Origin: Patescibacteria group bacterium
GTDB taxonomy: Bacteria; Patescibacteriota; Patescibacteriia; UM-FILTER-42-10
Reading direction: 5' to 3'
DNA length: 48,637 nucleotides
Assembly: GCA_018825385.1 (NCBI GenBank)
Contig: JAHJEX010000045.1
Location: 1 to 48,637 of the forward strand
The notes beneath the pieces are model-generated. The model saw only the letters and a program-made list of their open reading frames with translations, searched no databases and was not told the origin of the DNA. Within the stretch, counting starts at the first letter, position 1. Each line of letters starts with the position of its first letter. The translations under genes were made by a program, and so were the position numbers. Below are positions 1 through 10,018 of this stretch, piece by piece.

Positions 1-366
1 CTTGGGATTACCATAGACCTCCGAAGTTGATGCCTGCAGAATGCGCGCATTACATCTTCTTGCTATTCCGAGCATGTTCACAACACCAACAGTTGAGAGT
101 TTGATTGTTTTAATTGGGTTTTTCTGGTAGTGAATCGGCGATCCCGGGCAAGCAAGATTATAGATTTGATCGACCTCTAAAAACAACGGAAACGTAATAT
201 CATGCCTTATCAACTCAAAATCTTTGTTGTCCAGAAGATGTCGGATATTTTTTTTCTGACCTGTAAAAAAATTATCCACACATATTACTTCATTTCCTTG
301 GCTTAGCAACTCTTCACATAAATGTGAGCCAATGAACCCGGCTCCACCCGTGATTAGAATTTTCAT
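1..366 (-). CDS. UDP-glucuronate decarboxylase-like SDR (UXS family), N-terminal 122 codons; C-terminus lies beyond the window edge
   Basis: Own translation from ATG at 364-366: [122 protein letters not shown]. It has the GxxGxxG Rossmann motif and the VDNFFTG / [12 protein letters not shown] / [11 protein letters not shown] blocks typical of UXS. The ATG overlaps the TGA of the upstream gene (ATGA). Confidence 0.85.
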   Translation of the reverse strand, partial: MKILITGGAGFIGSHLCEELLSQGNEVICVDNFFTGQKKNIRHLLDNKDFELIRHDITFPLFLEVDQIYNLACPGSPIHYQKNPIKTIKLSTVGVVNMLGIARRCNARILQASTSEVYGNPK

Positions 367-1286
367 AATGACTCTTCTTTAAACCACTGAATAGTTTCTT
401 TGATCCCTCGATCTAAACTGGAAGACACAGAAAAATTCCATTTCCTTCTTATTAAGGAATTACTCAAACAGCTTCTTCTTTGGTCTCCATCAGGTGACTT
501 TCCAAATTTTTGCTTGATTTGAATATTTCCTATTTTCATAATCTTATTATAAAGCTGCAAAATACTCGTTTCCTTTGTTGTGCTGACATTCATAACTTTC
601 CCGTTCTTTTTTATAGCCATCACAGTTGCCCTTACAGCGTCACCTACATAAAGAAAATCCCGTGTTTGTTTACCATTTCCATAAATTATTGATTGAAGGT
701 TTTTTATTGCATTATCAATAAATATAGCGACAACCCCTGCTTCACCCTTTGCATTTTGACGCGGTCCATACACATTTGAATAACGCATAATTGTGTAATC
801 AAGACCGTATTGTAATTTGAAATATTCCAAGTACTTTTCTACCGCTAATTTTCCTATTCCATAGGGCGAAACAGGCACTTCAGGAAACAATTCTGTAGCA
901 GGAGTGCCTTTTGTCTCCCCATAAATAGCCCCTCCGGTTGATGCAAAGACCATTTTCTTTACTTTATTATCAGCAGATTGCTGAATAATATTTATTGATC
1001 CAACAATATTTGTAGTTGCATCTGCAACAGGATTATCAATTGATTTTTGAATATCTATCTGGCCGGCTAAATGAAATACATAGTCAAATTTTTCCTTTCG
1101 GAAGATCCCATTTATTCTATTGGAATCTATGCTAAATCTGTACAGTTTAGCCTTTGAATTAACATTCCTTGCATACCCGGAAGATAAATTGTCGATAATA
1201 ACAACCCTATGCTTTTTTGCTAAAAGATCGTCCACAATATGAGAGCCAATAAACCCGGCTCCACCAGTTACAAGAATTTTTGCCAT
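363..1286 (-). CDS. NAD-dependent epimerase/dehydratase (GalE-like SDR)
   Basis: 307-aa ORF with N-terminal [10 protein letters not shown] Rossmann motif and YGIGK (YxxxK) catalytic motif. Lies in a sugar-nucleotide/glycosyltransferase cluster. Confidence 0.85.
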   Translation of the reverse strand: MAKILVTGGAGFIGSHIVDDLLAKKHRVVIIDNLSSGYARNVNSKAKLYRFSIDSNRINGIFRKEKFDYVFHLAGQIDIQKSIDNPVADATTNIVGSINIIQQSADNKVKKMVFASTGGAIYGETKGTPATELFPEVPVSPYGIGKLAVEKYLEYFKLQYGLDYTIMRYSNVYGPRQNAKGEAGVVAIFIDNAIKNLQSIIYGNGKQTRDFLYVGDAVRATVMAIKKNGKVMNVSTTKETSILQLYNKIMKIGNIQIKQKFGKSPDGDQRRSCLSNSLIRRKWNFSVSSSLDRGIKETIQWFKEESL

Positions 1287-1292
1287 TATTTT

Positions 1293-2474
1293 CTATTTCC
1301 TTAATGCTCTTTTTAAAACCGCAGCTTTATCAGTTCTTTCCCAGGTAAAATCTTTATCATTTCTGCCAAAGTGCCCATAGGCTGCAGTTTTCTTATATAT
1401 TGGTCTTAACAATTTTAGATGATTAATGATTCCTGCTGGAGTCATTGGAAAATTCTTTTTCACAAGTTGCACAATTTTTGACTCCGGGATCTTTCCTGTA
1501 CCTTTTGTGTCCACCAAGACACTAATTGGTTTTGCATAGCCGATCACATAAGCCAGCTGTACTTCACATTTGGTGGCGAGCCCGGCAGCTACAATATTTT
1601 TTGCAATGTAGCGCGCCATATACGAAGCGGATCGGTCAACTTTTGACGGGTCCTTTCCTGAAAACGCTCCTCCGCCATGACTGCCATGACCGCCATAAGT
1701 ATCGACAATAATTTTTCTTCCTGTGAGACCTGCATCAGCCGGCGGACCACATTTCACAAACTTGCCAGTCGCATTTACAAAGAATCTTGTTTTCGAATCA
1801 ATGTATTTTCCACACACAGGCTTAATAACCTTGCTAATAACATCATGCTCAAGCTTCTTAGAAGAAATATTTTCATTATGACTAGTTGCGATGATTACAG
1901 TATCAATCCTTTTCGGTTTTCCCTTTTCATACTCAACAGCTACTGCGGATTTTCCATCAGGTCTTAAATAAGGCAGTGTCTTGTTTTTTCGAAGCGCAGA
2001 TAACCGGTAAGCTAATTTGTGGGCAAGTGCAATTGGGAGAGGCATATACTCTCGGGTTTCATTCGTTGCATAACCAAACATCAATCCTTGGTCACCCGCA
2101 CCCTGTTCTTTAAATTTTCCTTTTCCGCTATCAACCCCCTGAGCAATATCAGCGCTTTGCTCATTTATGGTAACCATTACTCCGCAGTCCTCCCAATGAA
2201 ATCCTATAGAATGGTCATCATAACCAATATCTTTGATAGTCTTTCTAGCAATATCAGCTACATCGACATAGCCTTTTGTACGAATTTCTCCTCCCACAAT
2301 TACCAAGCCAGTAGTAGCAAATGTTTCAATTCCTGCGTGTGAAGATTTGTCCTGCTTTAATAATTCATCAAGAATTGCATCAGAAATCTGGTCACACACC
2401 TTATCAGGATGACCCTCGGTAACTGATTCCGAAGTAAAAATGTAGCTTTTGGTATTTTTTGATGTTGGTGACAT
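1293..2474 (-). CDS. metK: S-adenosylmethionine synthetase
   Basis: Motifs [17 protein letters not shown] and GGGAFSGKD over full length. The track ORF starts at a TTG (2480); the ATG at 2472-2474 (MSPTSKN...) is the more likely start. Confidence 0.95.
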   Translation of the reverse strand: MSPTSKNTKSYIFTSESVTEGHPDKVCDQISDAILDELLKQDKSSHAGIETFATTGLVIVGGEIRTKGYVDVADIARKTIKDIGYDDHSIGFHWEDCGVMVTINEQSADIAQGVDSGKGKFKEQGAGDQGLMFGYATNETREYMPLPIALAHKLAYRLSALRKNKTLPYLRPDGKSAVAVEYEKGKPKRIDTVIIATSHNENISSKKLEHDVISKVIKPVCGKYIDSKTRFFVNATGKFVKCGPPADAGLTGRKIIVDTYGGHGSHGGGAFSGKDPSKVDRSASYMARYIAKNIVAAGLATKCEVQLAYVIGYAKPISVLVDTKGTGKIPESKIVQLVKKNFPMTPAGIINHLKLLRPIYKKTAAYGHFGRNDKDFTWERTDKAAVLKRALRK

Positions 2475-2483
2475 AAACAATTT

Positions 2484-3509
2484 TTATTTAAGTTTATTAA
2501 TATCGAAGTTTACAAGATGACTTCGTCCTTTCATATGTTCGATGGTTTCTTTTAGTCCACTCGACAATGGCACAACAGGAAACCATCCTAATTTTGCTTT
2601 AGCTAGAGTAATATCGGGAACGCCTTGTTTTGATGTAAATGGCAAAGCTTCTTTAAAAACTACTTTTGATTCAGATTGGGTCAACTTTACTATTTCATTC
2701 GCAATATCTACTATTTTATGCTCCTGAGGATTACCTATATTAAGAATTCCAGAAAATTTTGATCTCATTGTCCTTACAATTGCTTCAATAAGATCATTGA
2801 TATAGCAAAAAGTGCTGGTTGCATTTTCATCACCATATATTTCAATATCTCTATTCTCAATGGCAGAAACAACAAAATCGGGAATCATGCGACCATCATC
2901 CATGCGCATTCGAGGACCAAAAGTATTAAACACCCTTAGAATCTTATTCTCCATCTCATATGCTCTTTTATAGTTTACAACCATACTCTCCGCAAAACGC
3001 CTGCCTTCATTATAGCAACTCCTCGGACCAACGGGATTAATAAATCCCCAATAGTCTTCTTGAAATGGAGCCTTTTCTAAAGGTTCACCATACACTGAGG
3101 AACTAGAAACATGCAGAAATTTAGCTTTATACTTCACGGCCAATTCTAGCATGTTACGGGTACCATGAGAGTTTGTCAACAAAGTTTCAATTGGAATTCG
3201 ATTGTATTCTTTTGGTGAGGTAGGGCAGGCAAGGTGAAAGATTTTTTGAACACCTTGAAATTCTACTTTGAACTTTTTTAGTCCTGGAAGTTTTTCAAGC
3301 TCTATTGGTTCGATTATGTCATGGTGAATAAATTCAAAGTTGGGGTTTTCCAATAGACTGTCAATATTTTGCTCTTGACCGGTAATAAAATTATCAATAC
3401 AAATAACTTTGTATTTTTTTACCAATTCATCACATAAATGAGAGCCAATAAACCCCGCTCCGCCTGTAACGAGAACATTTTCCTTGTCAAATATTGGTGT
3501 CTCGGTCAT
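2484..3509 (-). CDS. UXS-like SDR epimerase/dehydratase paralog with atypical YxxxR
   Basis: 341 aa with [15 protein letters not shown] Rossmann motif, IDNFITG block and SSSSVYG. The expected CYDEGKR motif reads CYNEGRR (Lys to Arg). It has an extra insert (LEKLPGLKKFKVEFQGV) relative to the partial UXS at 1-366. Confidence 0.8.
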   Translation of the reverse strand: MTETPIFDKENVLVTGGAGFIGSHLCDELVKKYKVICIDNFITGQEQNIDSLLENPNFEFIHHDIIEPIELEKLPGLKKFKVEFQGVQKIFHLACPTSPKEYNRIPIETLLTNSHGTRNMLELAVKYKAKFLHVSSSSVYGEPLEKAPFQEDYWGFINPVGPRSCYNEGRRFAESMVVNYKRAYEMENKILRVFNTFGPRMRMDDGRMIPDFVVSAIENRDIEIYGDENATSTFCYINDLIEAIVRTMRSKFSGILNIGNPQEHKIVDIANEIVKLTQSESKVVFKEALPFTSKQGVPDITLAKAKLGWFPVVPLSSGLKETIEHMKGRSHLVNFDINKLK

Positions 3510-4245
3510 TGTTTTGCAAGTTATATTTATTAGTTATGGAATTCCACCTTATCTTCAGTAATTCAGTGAATGTATTTATGTAATGTGAAAAACCAGATAC
3601 TTTTGTGCCAAAATCGTTGATCCAACGAACAGGGATTTCCTTGATTCTGAAACCCATTTTCTTGGCTAACCATAAAATTTCAAAATCAAAACCCCATCGA
3701 TTAATAGTTTGTTTTTCAAAAACAGCCAAGGATTTTTTGTTAAATAGTTTGAATCCACACTGTGTATCCTGAATTCCCGGAAGCAGCATGAATTGAATTA
3801 CCTTATTCCCTACTCTTCCCAAAAACTCTTTGAACCATGGCTGATGAATCTCGATATTTGAATCTTTCATTGCCCGCGAGCCTATTATGATATCAAAATT
3901 TTCGATGTGTTTTGAAAATTTTTCTAGCTCCTCAATTGGCGTTGACAAGTCCGCATCAGAAAAAAGAACATATTCGTACCGAGCTACCAGCATACCTTTT
4001 TTTACTGCATATCCCTTACCTCTATTTTCATTAACCAATATTATGCGAAAACGGTCCGTGGCCATCTCTTTTACAACATCTTGGGTTTTATCACTACTTC
4101 CGTCATCAACTATTATAATTTCATACTCCGCACAAACATCATTTAGATAGCTGACAATTTTTTTAAGAGATTCTTTAATTCTCTTTTCTTCGTTATAGAC
4201 CGGAATAACAAGGGATAGTGTCTTAAATAGGGGTACTTTTTTCAT
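3487..4245 (-). CDS. Family 2 glycosyltransferase (dolichyl/polyprenyl-phosphate sugar transferase-like)
   Basis: VIPVYNEE, VDDGSSD and SDADL (DxD) motifs. 252 aa. Overlaps the downstream SDR gene by 23 nt. Confidence 0.85.
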   Translation of the reverse strand: MKKVPLFKTLSLVIPVYNEEKRIKESLKKIVSYLNDVCAEYEIIIVDDGSSDKTQDVVKEMATDRFRIILVNENRGKGYAVKKGMLVARYEYVLFSDADLSTPIEELEKFSKHIENFDIIIGSRAMKDSNIEIHQPWFKEFLGRVGNKVIQFMLLPGIQDTQCGFKLFNKKSLAVFEKQTINRWGFDFEILWLAKKMGFRIKEIPVRWINDFGTKVSGFSHYINTFTELLKIRWNSITNKYNLQNNDRDTNI

Positions 4246-4267
4246 ATCTGATCAACATGATTATAAC

Positions 4268-4747
4268 TTAAACTTCAGGATTTTGCAACTCACTACTTTG
4301 GGTCTTTTGCTCCGGTCGAAAGGTCCAGATTTTGTTGATGATAAAGTTCCAGAACAATACTACGCAAGCTGCTAATACCTTTGCCCATAAATCATAAAAT
4401 ACAGCTTGCGTAACCAAAAGATAAAGAATTGTTTCGTTTAAGGAAAGACCTACCGCGCTCACTAGCAAGAATTTTGGATACTGAATATGAATTTTCCTAT
4501 TACCGTCTTTAAATGTCCAATTTTTGTTAAATATATAGCTAGAGGTGGCAGCAAAAACAAACGCAATAAAATTAGCCCAAAGATAATGCCCTTCCCAAAA
4601 TTCTGATGAACGAGTTAAACCGAAGTATATTCCAAAATCGACAAACGTATTTGCAGTACCAACAATTGCAAATTTTACAAATTGCTCGATATAGGGACGT
4701 TTTTTGACTTGCTCGTTATTTCTAATATTTTCAATTATAGTGCGCAT
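4268..4747 (-). CDS. GtrA-family membrane protein
   Basis: 159 aa, four hydrophobic segments, FVKFAIVGTANTFVDFGIYF N-terminus typical of GtrA. Adjacent to the GT2 gene. Confidence 0.75.
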   Translation of the reverse strand: MRTIIENIRNNEQVKKRPYIEQFVKFAIVGTANTFVDFGIYFGLTRSSEFWEGHYLWANFIAFVFAATSSYIFNKNWTFKDGNRKIHIQYPKFLLVSAVGLSLNETILYLLVTQAVFYDLWAKVLAACVVLFWNFIINKIWTFRPEQKTQSSELQNPEV

Positions 4748-4755
4748 CGCTAATT

Positions 4756-6033
4756 TTATTCCACTCCAGATAATAAAGTTTTTGCTGTTTTCCTCTCTCC
4801 GTCACGAAGGTATTCTACATCGACCTGTTCTTCCGGATCAAAACTTTGAATAATTACCGACAGATTTTCCGTCTTTGATATTTCCTTTCCATTAATCGAA
4901 GTAATTATATCGTTTGCTTCAAGTCCCATTACTTCAGCCGGACTTCCAACCTCCACGGCTGAAACTGACAAAGAGGCATTGTCGTATAGTAGAGCACCAA
5001 CAGAGTTGCTACCAACTATTTCACTGTCTAATTGAGTTGTTCTACTTAGGTCTATATACGTTACACCAAAGAATGTTCTGTTTACTGTGTTGTCTTGAAG
5101 TATTTTCGGAATAGTTTGTTGGACATATCCTCCGGGTAGAATTTGATTTAGCTCATTCAGTTCGTTTGCAATCGCAATTCCCACAATTTTTCCATTCGTA
5201 GTAACCAGTGGTGAACCTAAAAATCCGTCTGGAAGGGATTTATTGATAAGGATTGAATCTGAAAGTTTTTCTGAAGAATAAACAATATCGCTTACTTTCT
5301 CATCTTGATAGTAAAGTAAGTCCCGAATTGTAGAGGAATCACTCTCATACATTCCGTTAGTTTTATTTGCCAAAGTTAATAATTTTTGTCCGATTCGCAA
5401 TTCTACAGGGTCAATAAATTCGGCTACTGAAAGGTTAGAAGCATCAATCCTGAAGAATACGAGATCAGTCGCAGAGTCCTGTATAATTTTTTCAGCTGTG
5501 AATATTTTCTTTTCAGACGTTACAACCACATATTCTTTTTGTGGGTTCGATAATACCTGATTCGTTGTTACTAATAATCCGTCGTCAGTCAAAATCAAGG
5601 CATTGCCTAATGCTTCGCCAGATTGATAGTTTTGGTCTAAGACATCGTCTAGTACTGCGTTCTTTTTTTCAAATACAGTTACAACGGCTGACTGAATTTG
5701 ATCCAATGTCTCCAATATTTCAAATTCCTGCGCTTCTATTGTTTTTCCGTTCTTCTGAAGAATAATACTACTATCAGTAGGATACGTGCTTACATATAAA
5801 GAGCTAATAACGGGAAGGTTAGGATACGAAACTGATAGTGCATTGATTATGGTTTCTCCTAAAATTCCTGCCAAAAACCCGGCCAGAGTTGCCAATACAA
5901 GTATCAGGATTCCGTTGTGATGCCGAACCGGCGGTTTATCAAAAGACTTTTGAATATCTTGTTTGTATATCTCATCAACAACATTCTCTTTTTTTCGTAG
6001 CTTGGGTGACGTAGGCACAGGTTTTGTTTTCAT
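4756..6033 (-). CDS. Membrane-anchored HtrA/DegP-like trypsin-fold + PDZ protein; catalytic His and Ser apparently replaced
   Basis: N-terminal TM (ILILVLATLAGFLAGILG). Trypsin-fold blocks LLVTTNQVL (expected TNxHV), TDLVFFRID, DGFLGSPLV (expected GNSGGPL). C-terminal PDZ-like VGSPAEVMGLEANDIITSINGKEI. Confidence 0.7.
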   Translation of the reverse strand: MKTKPVPTSPKLRKKENVVDEIYKQDIQKSFDKPPVRHHNGILILVLATLAGFLAGILGETIINALSVSYPNLPVISSLYVSTYPTDSSIILQKNGKTIEAQEFEILETLDQIQSAVVTVFEKKNAVLDDVLDQNYQSGEALGNALILTDDGLLVTTNQVLSNPQKEYVVVTSEKKIFTAEKIIQDSATDLVFFRIDASNLSVAEFIDPVELRIGQKLLTLANKTNGMYESDSSTIRDLLYYQDEKVSDIVYSSEKLSDSILINKSLPDGFLGSPLVTTNGKIVGIAIANELNELNQILPGGYVQQTIPKILQDNTVNRTFFGVTYIDLSRTTQLDSEIVGSNSVGALLYDNASLSVSAVEVGSPAEVMGLEANDIITSINGKEISKTENLSVIIQSFDPEEQVDVEYLRDGERKTAKTLLSGVE

Positions 6034-6066
6034 GCTAATTTCATTAAAAAATTATTTATAGCTGAA

Positions 6067-6831
6067 TTAAGTCCAGCGTGCTGACAAAGCAACAACAAGA
6101 AAAATTGACAAACTAATGATTATATACCTTCTAAAGACTTTACGATCTAGACTTTTTAGCAGCCAATATCTAAAAATTCCCACAAGAAAATAGTAACTAA
6201 GCGCTACAACGAGGCCATTTACCAGATAACTAGAGGGCAGAAAGACAGTTGCATAAAACATTTCAGATACAAGTAATGCCAGTATTCCAGTCACTATATA
6301 GTTGCCTTTCAGCACAATTTTATTAATCCATAACATCTGAATAATTAGAACATACGTAACAATAAAAACGAAAATTGTCGATATTGCTCCTGAGGTTCCC
6401 AGAAACAATATACTACTATGGAAAAAAGCTCCCATACAAAATACTGTGACTAAATTTAGATAAGCAGAAACATTTTCCAAAGCATATGGCTGATATCTAA
6501 CTGGCTGATACAAAAATAGAAAAGTGTTTTCTATGAAGTTCCACAAAAGGAATAAAACAAACACAATAAACAACTGCGTATAGAACATGCCTTCGATAAA
6601 AAAAATAATGACATAAGCAGCACCAACCAAAAAAGCAGGTGGAATAAGAAACTGCCATACCTCCTGTAGTTCAATTTTCTTCCATGCTAAGCCTATGACT
6701 GTTAATACAACCGTCGCTTCAAGAAAAAGAATAATAAAAAAGAACCAATTAGGTTTTAAAACGAATAATTCAAAAAATCCTAGAATTAGTAATAATGAAG
6801 CAATAGAGCTGATTCGACGAACTATGATCAT
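6067..6831 (-). CDS. Polytopic membrane protein, unknown function
   Basis: 254-aa ORF that is almost entirely hydrophobic helices (7-8 predicted by eye). No recognisable motif. Confidence 0.6.
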   Translation of the reverse strand: MIIVRRISSIASLLLILGFFELFVLKPNWFFFIILFLEATVVLTVIGLAWKKIELQEVWQFLIPPAFLVGAAYVIIFFIEGMFYTQLFIVFVLFLLWNFIENTFLFLYQPVRYQPYALENVSAYLNLVTVFCMGAFFHSSILFLGTSGAISTIFVFIVTYVLIIQMLWINKIVLKGNYIVTGILALLVSEMFYATVFLPSSYLVNGLVVALSYYFLVGIFRYWLLKSLDRKVFRRYIIISLSIFLVVALSARWT

Positions 6832-6835
6832 TCCA

Positions 6836-7891
6836 TTAAAACCAGTTATTGTATTCGTTAGTTAGCTGTGCTGTTTTAGATTCAAAACTCTTCCTTATCC
6901 ATATTTGACGATCCCCGTTTTTACCTGGTGCTACATAGGCAATCTCACCGCTATTATTCCAGCGGACATTTGAAGCAGATACACTGAGGGGTAATGCGGA
7001 TTTATCCTCGAGAGAAATATACATCGTTTCTAGTAATTGTTCATTAGAAGATATAGTGAGTAGAAGCTGTTCTTCTGTAGGATGTTTTAAGAGCCGATAC
7101 ACAGTTCCGTCTTTTGGCTGTATTCTAATTTGAAATTCTTCTAGATAATCCTCTCCTCTCAGACTGGTAGAAACAATACTTAAATTCTCTCCATTAACAT
7201 CTAGAAAAAATATTCGTTTATTGGCACCTACAAATACGGGGGCTACTCCTCCAACGAATATTGTTTTGGGATCGTCTAGTTCACCATTTTCGGCAATTAT
7301 TCTAATATTCATCTCACTTTTAATTATGCTCGGCAATGAGTTATGGGTATAAATAATCGCAGTACTATCACTAGACCAAGAAAAGTCATTCACAAACGAT
7401 GCCACCCGCTCTTTGGAACTATTTCGTGTATTTATAATATACAATTCTTTTTTTTCTTCATCTTCCTCAAGATATGCCAGCAAAAGACCATCGGGAGAGA
7501 AATTCATTTTTAGGGGAGTAGCTTTGGTTATTGATAATAATTTCTTTTCGTAGTTTTCCAGAGAATAGGTCCATATTCCAAAAAAACCATCTTCTTCCGA
7601 AAAAAAAGCCAGTTTACTGGCATTTGGTGTCAATGTAGGACCAAACTCATTAACACGAGTGTTGGTAACGCGTTGCATTAGTTGAGTATCGGTATTTTGA
7701 AGATACACCTCCTGATTCTCATCTTTATCAGAAATGTATGAAATTACGCTCTTTGAAGGCCTGACATTATTTACAGTACTTGTGATAGAAGACAACACAT
7801 TTCCAGAATCCTGCTGGTTTGCAACAATATATAGCCCCCCGCCAATGAGGACAATGACAACGAGAACAAAAATCAAGTAAAAATATTTCAT
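6836..7891 (-). CDS. Membrane-anchored TolB-like (PD40/WD40-like beta-propeller) protein
   Basis: 351 aa with N-terminal TM. Repeated segments of the type F.P..SPDG..LAY / WS.DS..I.Y are reminiscent of PD40 repeats. Confidence 0.55.
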   Translation of the reverse strand: MKYFYLIFVLVVIVLIGGGLYIVANQQDSGNVLSSITSTVNNVRPSKSVISYISDKDENQEVYLQNTDTQLMQRVTNTRVNEFGPTLTPNASKLAFFSEEDGFFGIWTYSLENYEKKLLSITKATPLKMNFSPDGLLLAYLEEDEEKKELYIINTRNSSKERVASFVNDFSWSSDSTAIIYTHNSLPSIIKSEMNIRIIAENGELDDPKTIFVGGVAPVFVGANKRIFFLDVNGENLSIVSTSLRGEDYLEEFQIRIQPKDGTVYRLLKHPTEEQLLLTISSNEQLLETMYISLEDKSALPLSVSASNVRWNNSGEIAYVAPGKNGDRQIWIRKSFESKTAQLTNEYNNWF

Positions 7892-7907
7892 TCAGATATT
7901 TTTTCTT

Positions 7908-8369
7908 TTAAAACCAAGCGTATTGATCTTTAATTTCTTCTAATCTTTTCTTAACATCCAAAACATCAGTTTCATTAAAACCTAGATCAGAAATTATTGC
8001 CAATTTATTAGTAACACTCACAAGTTCCAAGTGCAGGTTTTGATATACTTCAGGAACCTTATGCTTTAATAATCTCTGTTCAATATTATTTAGCTCACCT
8101 TGGTATTCACTTACTGAGGAATTCATTTTGTCAGAATCTGAAAAAAATTCTAATTCCAAAACAATATTCTTGATAGACGTTTGGTAATTACCAGCCAGTT
8201 CTTCAGAAATAACCACAGGTTCATCATAAACTGATACGGTTGCAGAAAGTACCGTACCCTGTTCAGTAGCAACTGGATTCACAATCGCCTCGTTAAAACT
8301 GACTAGGATATAAAGCACAACTAGAAACGCAGCAAAAGGATATGTAAATTTCCTGAAAAGCTTCAACAT
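7908..8369 (-). CDS. Membrane-anchored hypothetical protein
   Basis: ORF with a single N-terminal TM (FAAFLVVLYILVSF). Start moved to the ATG at 8367-8369 (MLKLFRKF...), which removes the overlap with corA. Confidence 0.55.
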   Translation of the reverse strand: MLKLFRKFTYPFAAFLVVLYILVSFNEAIVNPVATEQGTVLSATVSVYDEPVVISEELAGNYQTSIKNIVLELEFFSDSDKMNSSVSEYQGELNNIEQRLLKHKVPEVYQNLHLELVSVTNKLAIISDLGFNETDVLDVKKRLEEIKDQYAWF

Positions 8370-8388
8370 TTTTTGTGTGATTAATACT

Positions 8389-9306
8389 CTAAAGTAATCC
8401 CCTCTTTTGAAAATAAAAAACCGTTCCAACAATCAACGATATCATAAGCCCCATAATGCCCCATAATGCCCCTGGACTTCCCGCGAAGGGTAAGCCCGCA
8501 ACATTCATTCCATATATGCTGGCAATAAGTGTAAGTGGCAACAGGGAAACGGAAATTACAGTAAGCACTTTCATTACTTCGTTTATTTTATGTGAAATTA
8601 GTGCTTCGTTGGTATCACTCAATCCACGCACAATTTCCCTATAGTTTTCTAAAAGCATCCAAATTCTTTCAATATGATCGTGAATATCATCAAAGTAAAT
8701 ATCAGATTCTGTTCCCAGGAATTTTCTTTTCAGATGGACTAATGTATCGATTAGAAATCTTTGTGGTTCTACAATCCTTCGAAAATTAAGAATATTGCGC
8801 CTTTCCATTGCCAATTCCTTTACCACGTCAATTGTCTTGTCGCTGTAAATATCCTCCTCAATTTCTCTTAGGTTTTCTCCAATTTTATCCACCAGGGAAA
8901 ACGCCTTTTTAAAGATTGGGTTTATTAGGTTATACAACAAAAAACCGGGGCTCCTATTCATAAACTGATCTTTGGCTTCACTATTTTTCTTCATATAATT
9001 TATCATCCCCTCTACTGCATCAAATTCGCCCTTGTGTAGAGTTACTAAAAAACCATCCCCAATAAAGACATTTAACCTACGATAAATCATTCTCTGTTCC
9101 TTTGGATCATAGTCAGGAAAATGGAATACTATGAAAAGATAATCATCATAAATATCCAGTTTTGGTGACTCCGTTACTGAGAGACAGTCACGCAAATCAA
9201 AAGAATGAAAACCATACTTGGATTTCAGATACTTTGTATCCTTTTCAAACGGCTGGGTGATATTTGTCCACTCCAAACCATTGTACTCTATCGTTGTTCG
9301 CGACAT
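8389..9306 (-). CDS. corA: CorA-family magnesium/cobalt transporter
   Basis: 305 aa with two C-terminal TMs separated by the signature YGMNV (GMN motif). Confidence 0.9.
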   Translation of the reverse strand: MSRTTIEYNGLEWTNITQPFEKDTKYLKSKYGFHSFDLRDCLSVTESPKLDIYDDYLFIVFHFPDYDPKEQRMIYRRLNVFIGDGFLVTLHKGEFDAVEGMINYMKKNSEAKDQFMNRSPGFLLYNLINPIFKKAFSLVDKIGENLREIEEDIYSDKTIDVVKELAMERRNILNFRRIVEPQRFLIDTLVHLKRKFLGTESDIYFDDIHDHIERIWMLLENYREIVRGLSDTNEALISHKINEVMKVLTVISVSLLPLTLIASIYGMNVAGLPFAGSPGALWGIMGLMISLIVGTVFYFQKRGLL

Positions 9307-9385
9307 AAGTCTTTATTAATTAGCCTATTTTACTTTTGATATTTTAACACAAAATGCTAAATAAATAAAGTGCTTTTAAAATATA

Positions 9386-9415
9386 CAAAAAGACCGGTTG
9401 TAGGTCATACCGGCC
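9386..9415 (-). terminator. Intrinsic terminator after the 163-aa secreted-protein gene
   Basis: Minus strand reads GGCCGGU-atgaccuaca-ACCGGUC (7 bp including one G-U) followed by UUUUUG. Confidence 0.6.
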
Positions 9416-9444
9416 TTTTTGCTTTTCGACGAGTTACTGTCGTT

Positions 9445-9936
9445 TTAGAAATGCATGCCTCCATGGCGCATTCCTCCACCCTTACCAAATCCCATTTCTA
9501 GCATCATTCCATTCTTTTCTTCATGCTGTTCACGGAATTGATCTGCCTGTTCTTGGGTTAGAAATCCGGAATCGATCTTGGCTTGTAACATCTCCTCAAA
9601 ATGGCTGTTCATTGCCTCTTGAATATCAGTATATGTTACGCCCTGCTCTTCAGCTATCTCGATAAAGGTCTTGCCTTCATCTAATTTCGCTTGAAGCTCT
9701 CCCGTGGTTAGATTCAATATCTCTGCTTTATGCTCAATCATTTCTTCGTGACCACGTCTTGCACCTCGATCTCTTCCGAAAGGGCACCCTTCATCAACAT
9801 CATCTGCTGCGATGGCAGACTCGGATACCGTTAACTGTGTATCAGTTATTGCTGCATCTTGGGCCATTGTAAACCCGATTCCAACGGTACCAAGAGCAAT
9901 TGCTGAAACAAGGGCGGTTAAAAGCATTTTTTTCAT
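9445..9936 (-). CDS. Secreted helical His/Met/Glu-rich protein (DUF2680/YckD-like character)
   Basis: Signal peptide MKKMLLTALVSAIALGTVGIGFTMA. Repeated LT.GE/EQ helical units. C-terminal GKGGGMRHGGMHF. Confidence 0.5.
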   Translation of the reverse strand: MKKMLLTALVSAIALGTVGIGFTMAQDAAITDTQLTVSESAIAADDVDEGCPFGRDRGARRGHEEMIEHKAEILNLTTGELQAKLDEGKTFIEIAEEQGVTYTDIQEAMNSHFEEMLQAKIDSGFLTQEQADQFREQHEEKNGMMLEMGFGKGGGMRHGGMHF

Positions 9937-10018
9937 TGCTTTTTTGTCCTTTCTTAATTTTTAAATGTTCTCGACCTTTCATCTGTTACTACGTTTGCCC
10001 ACAATAATTTATTTCATT

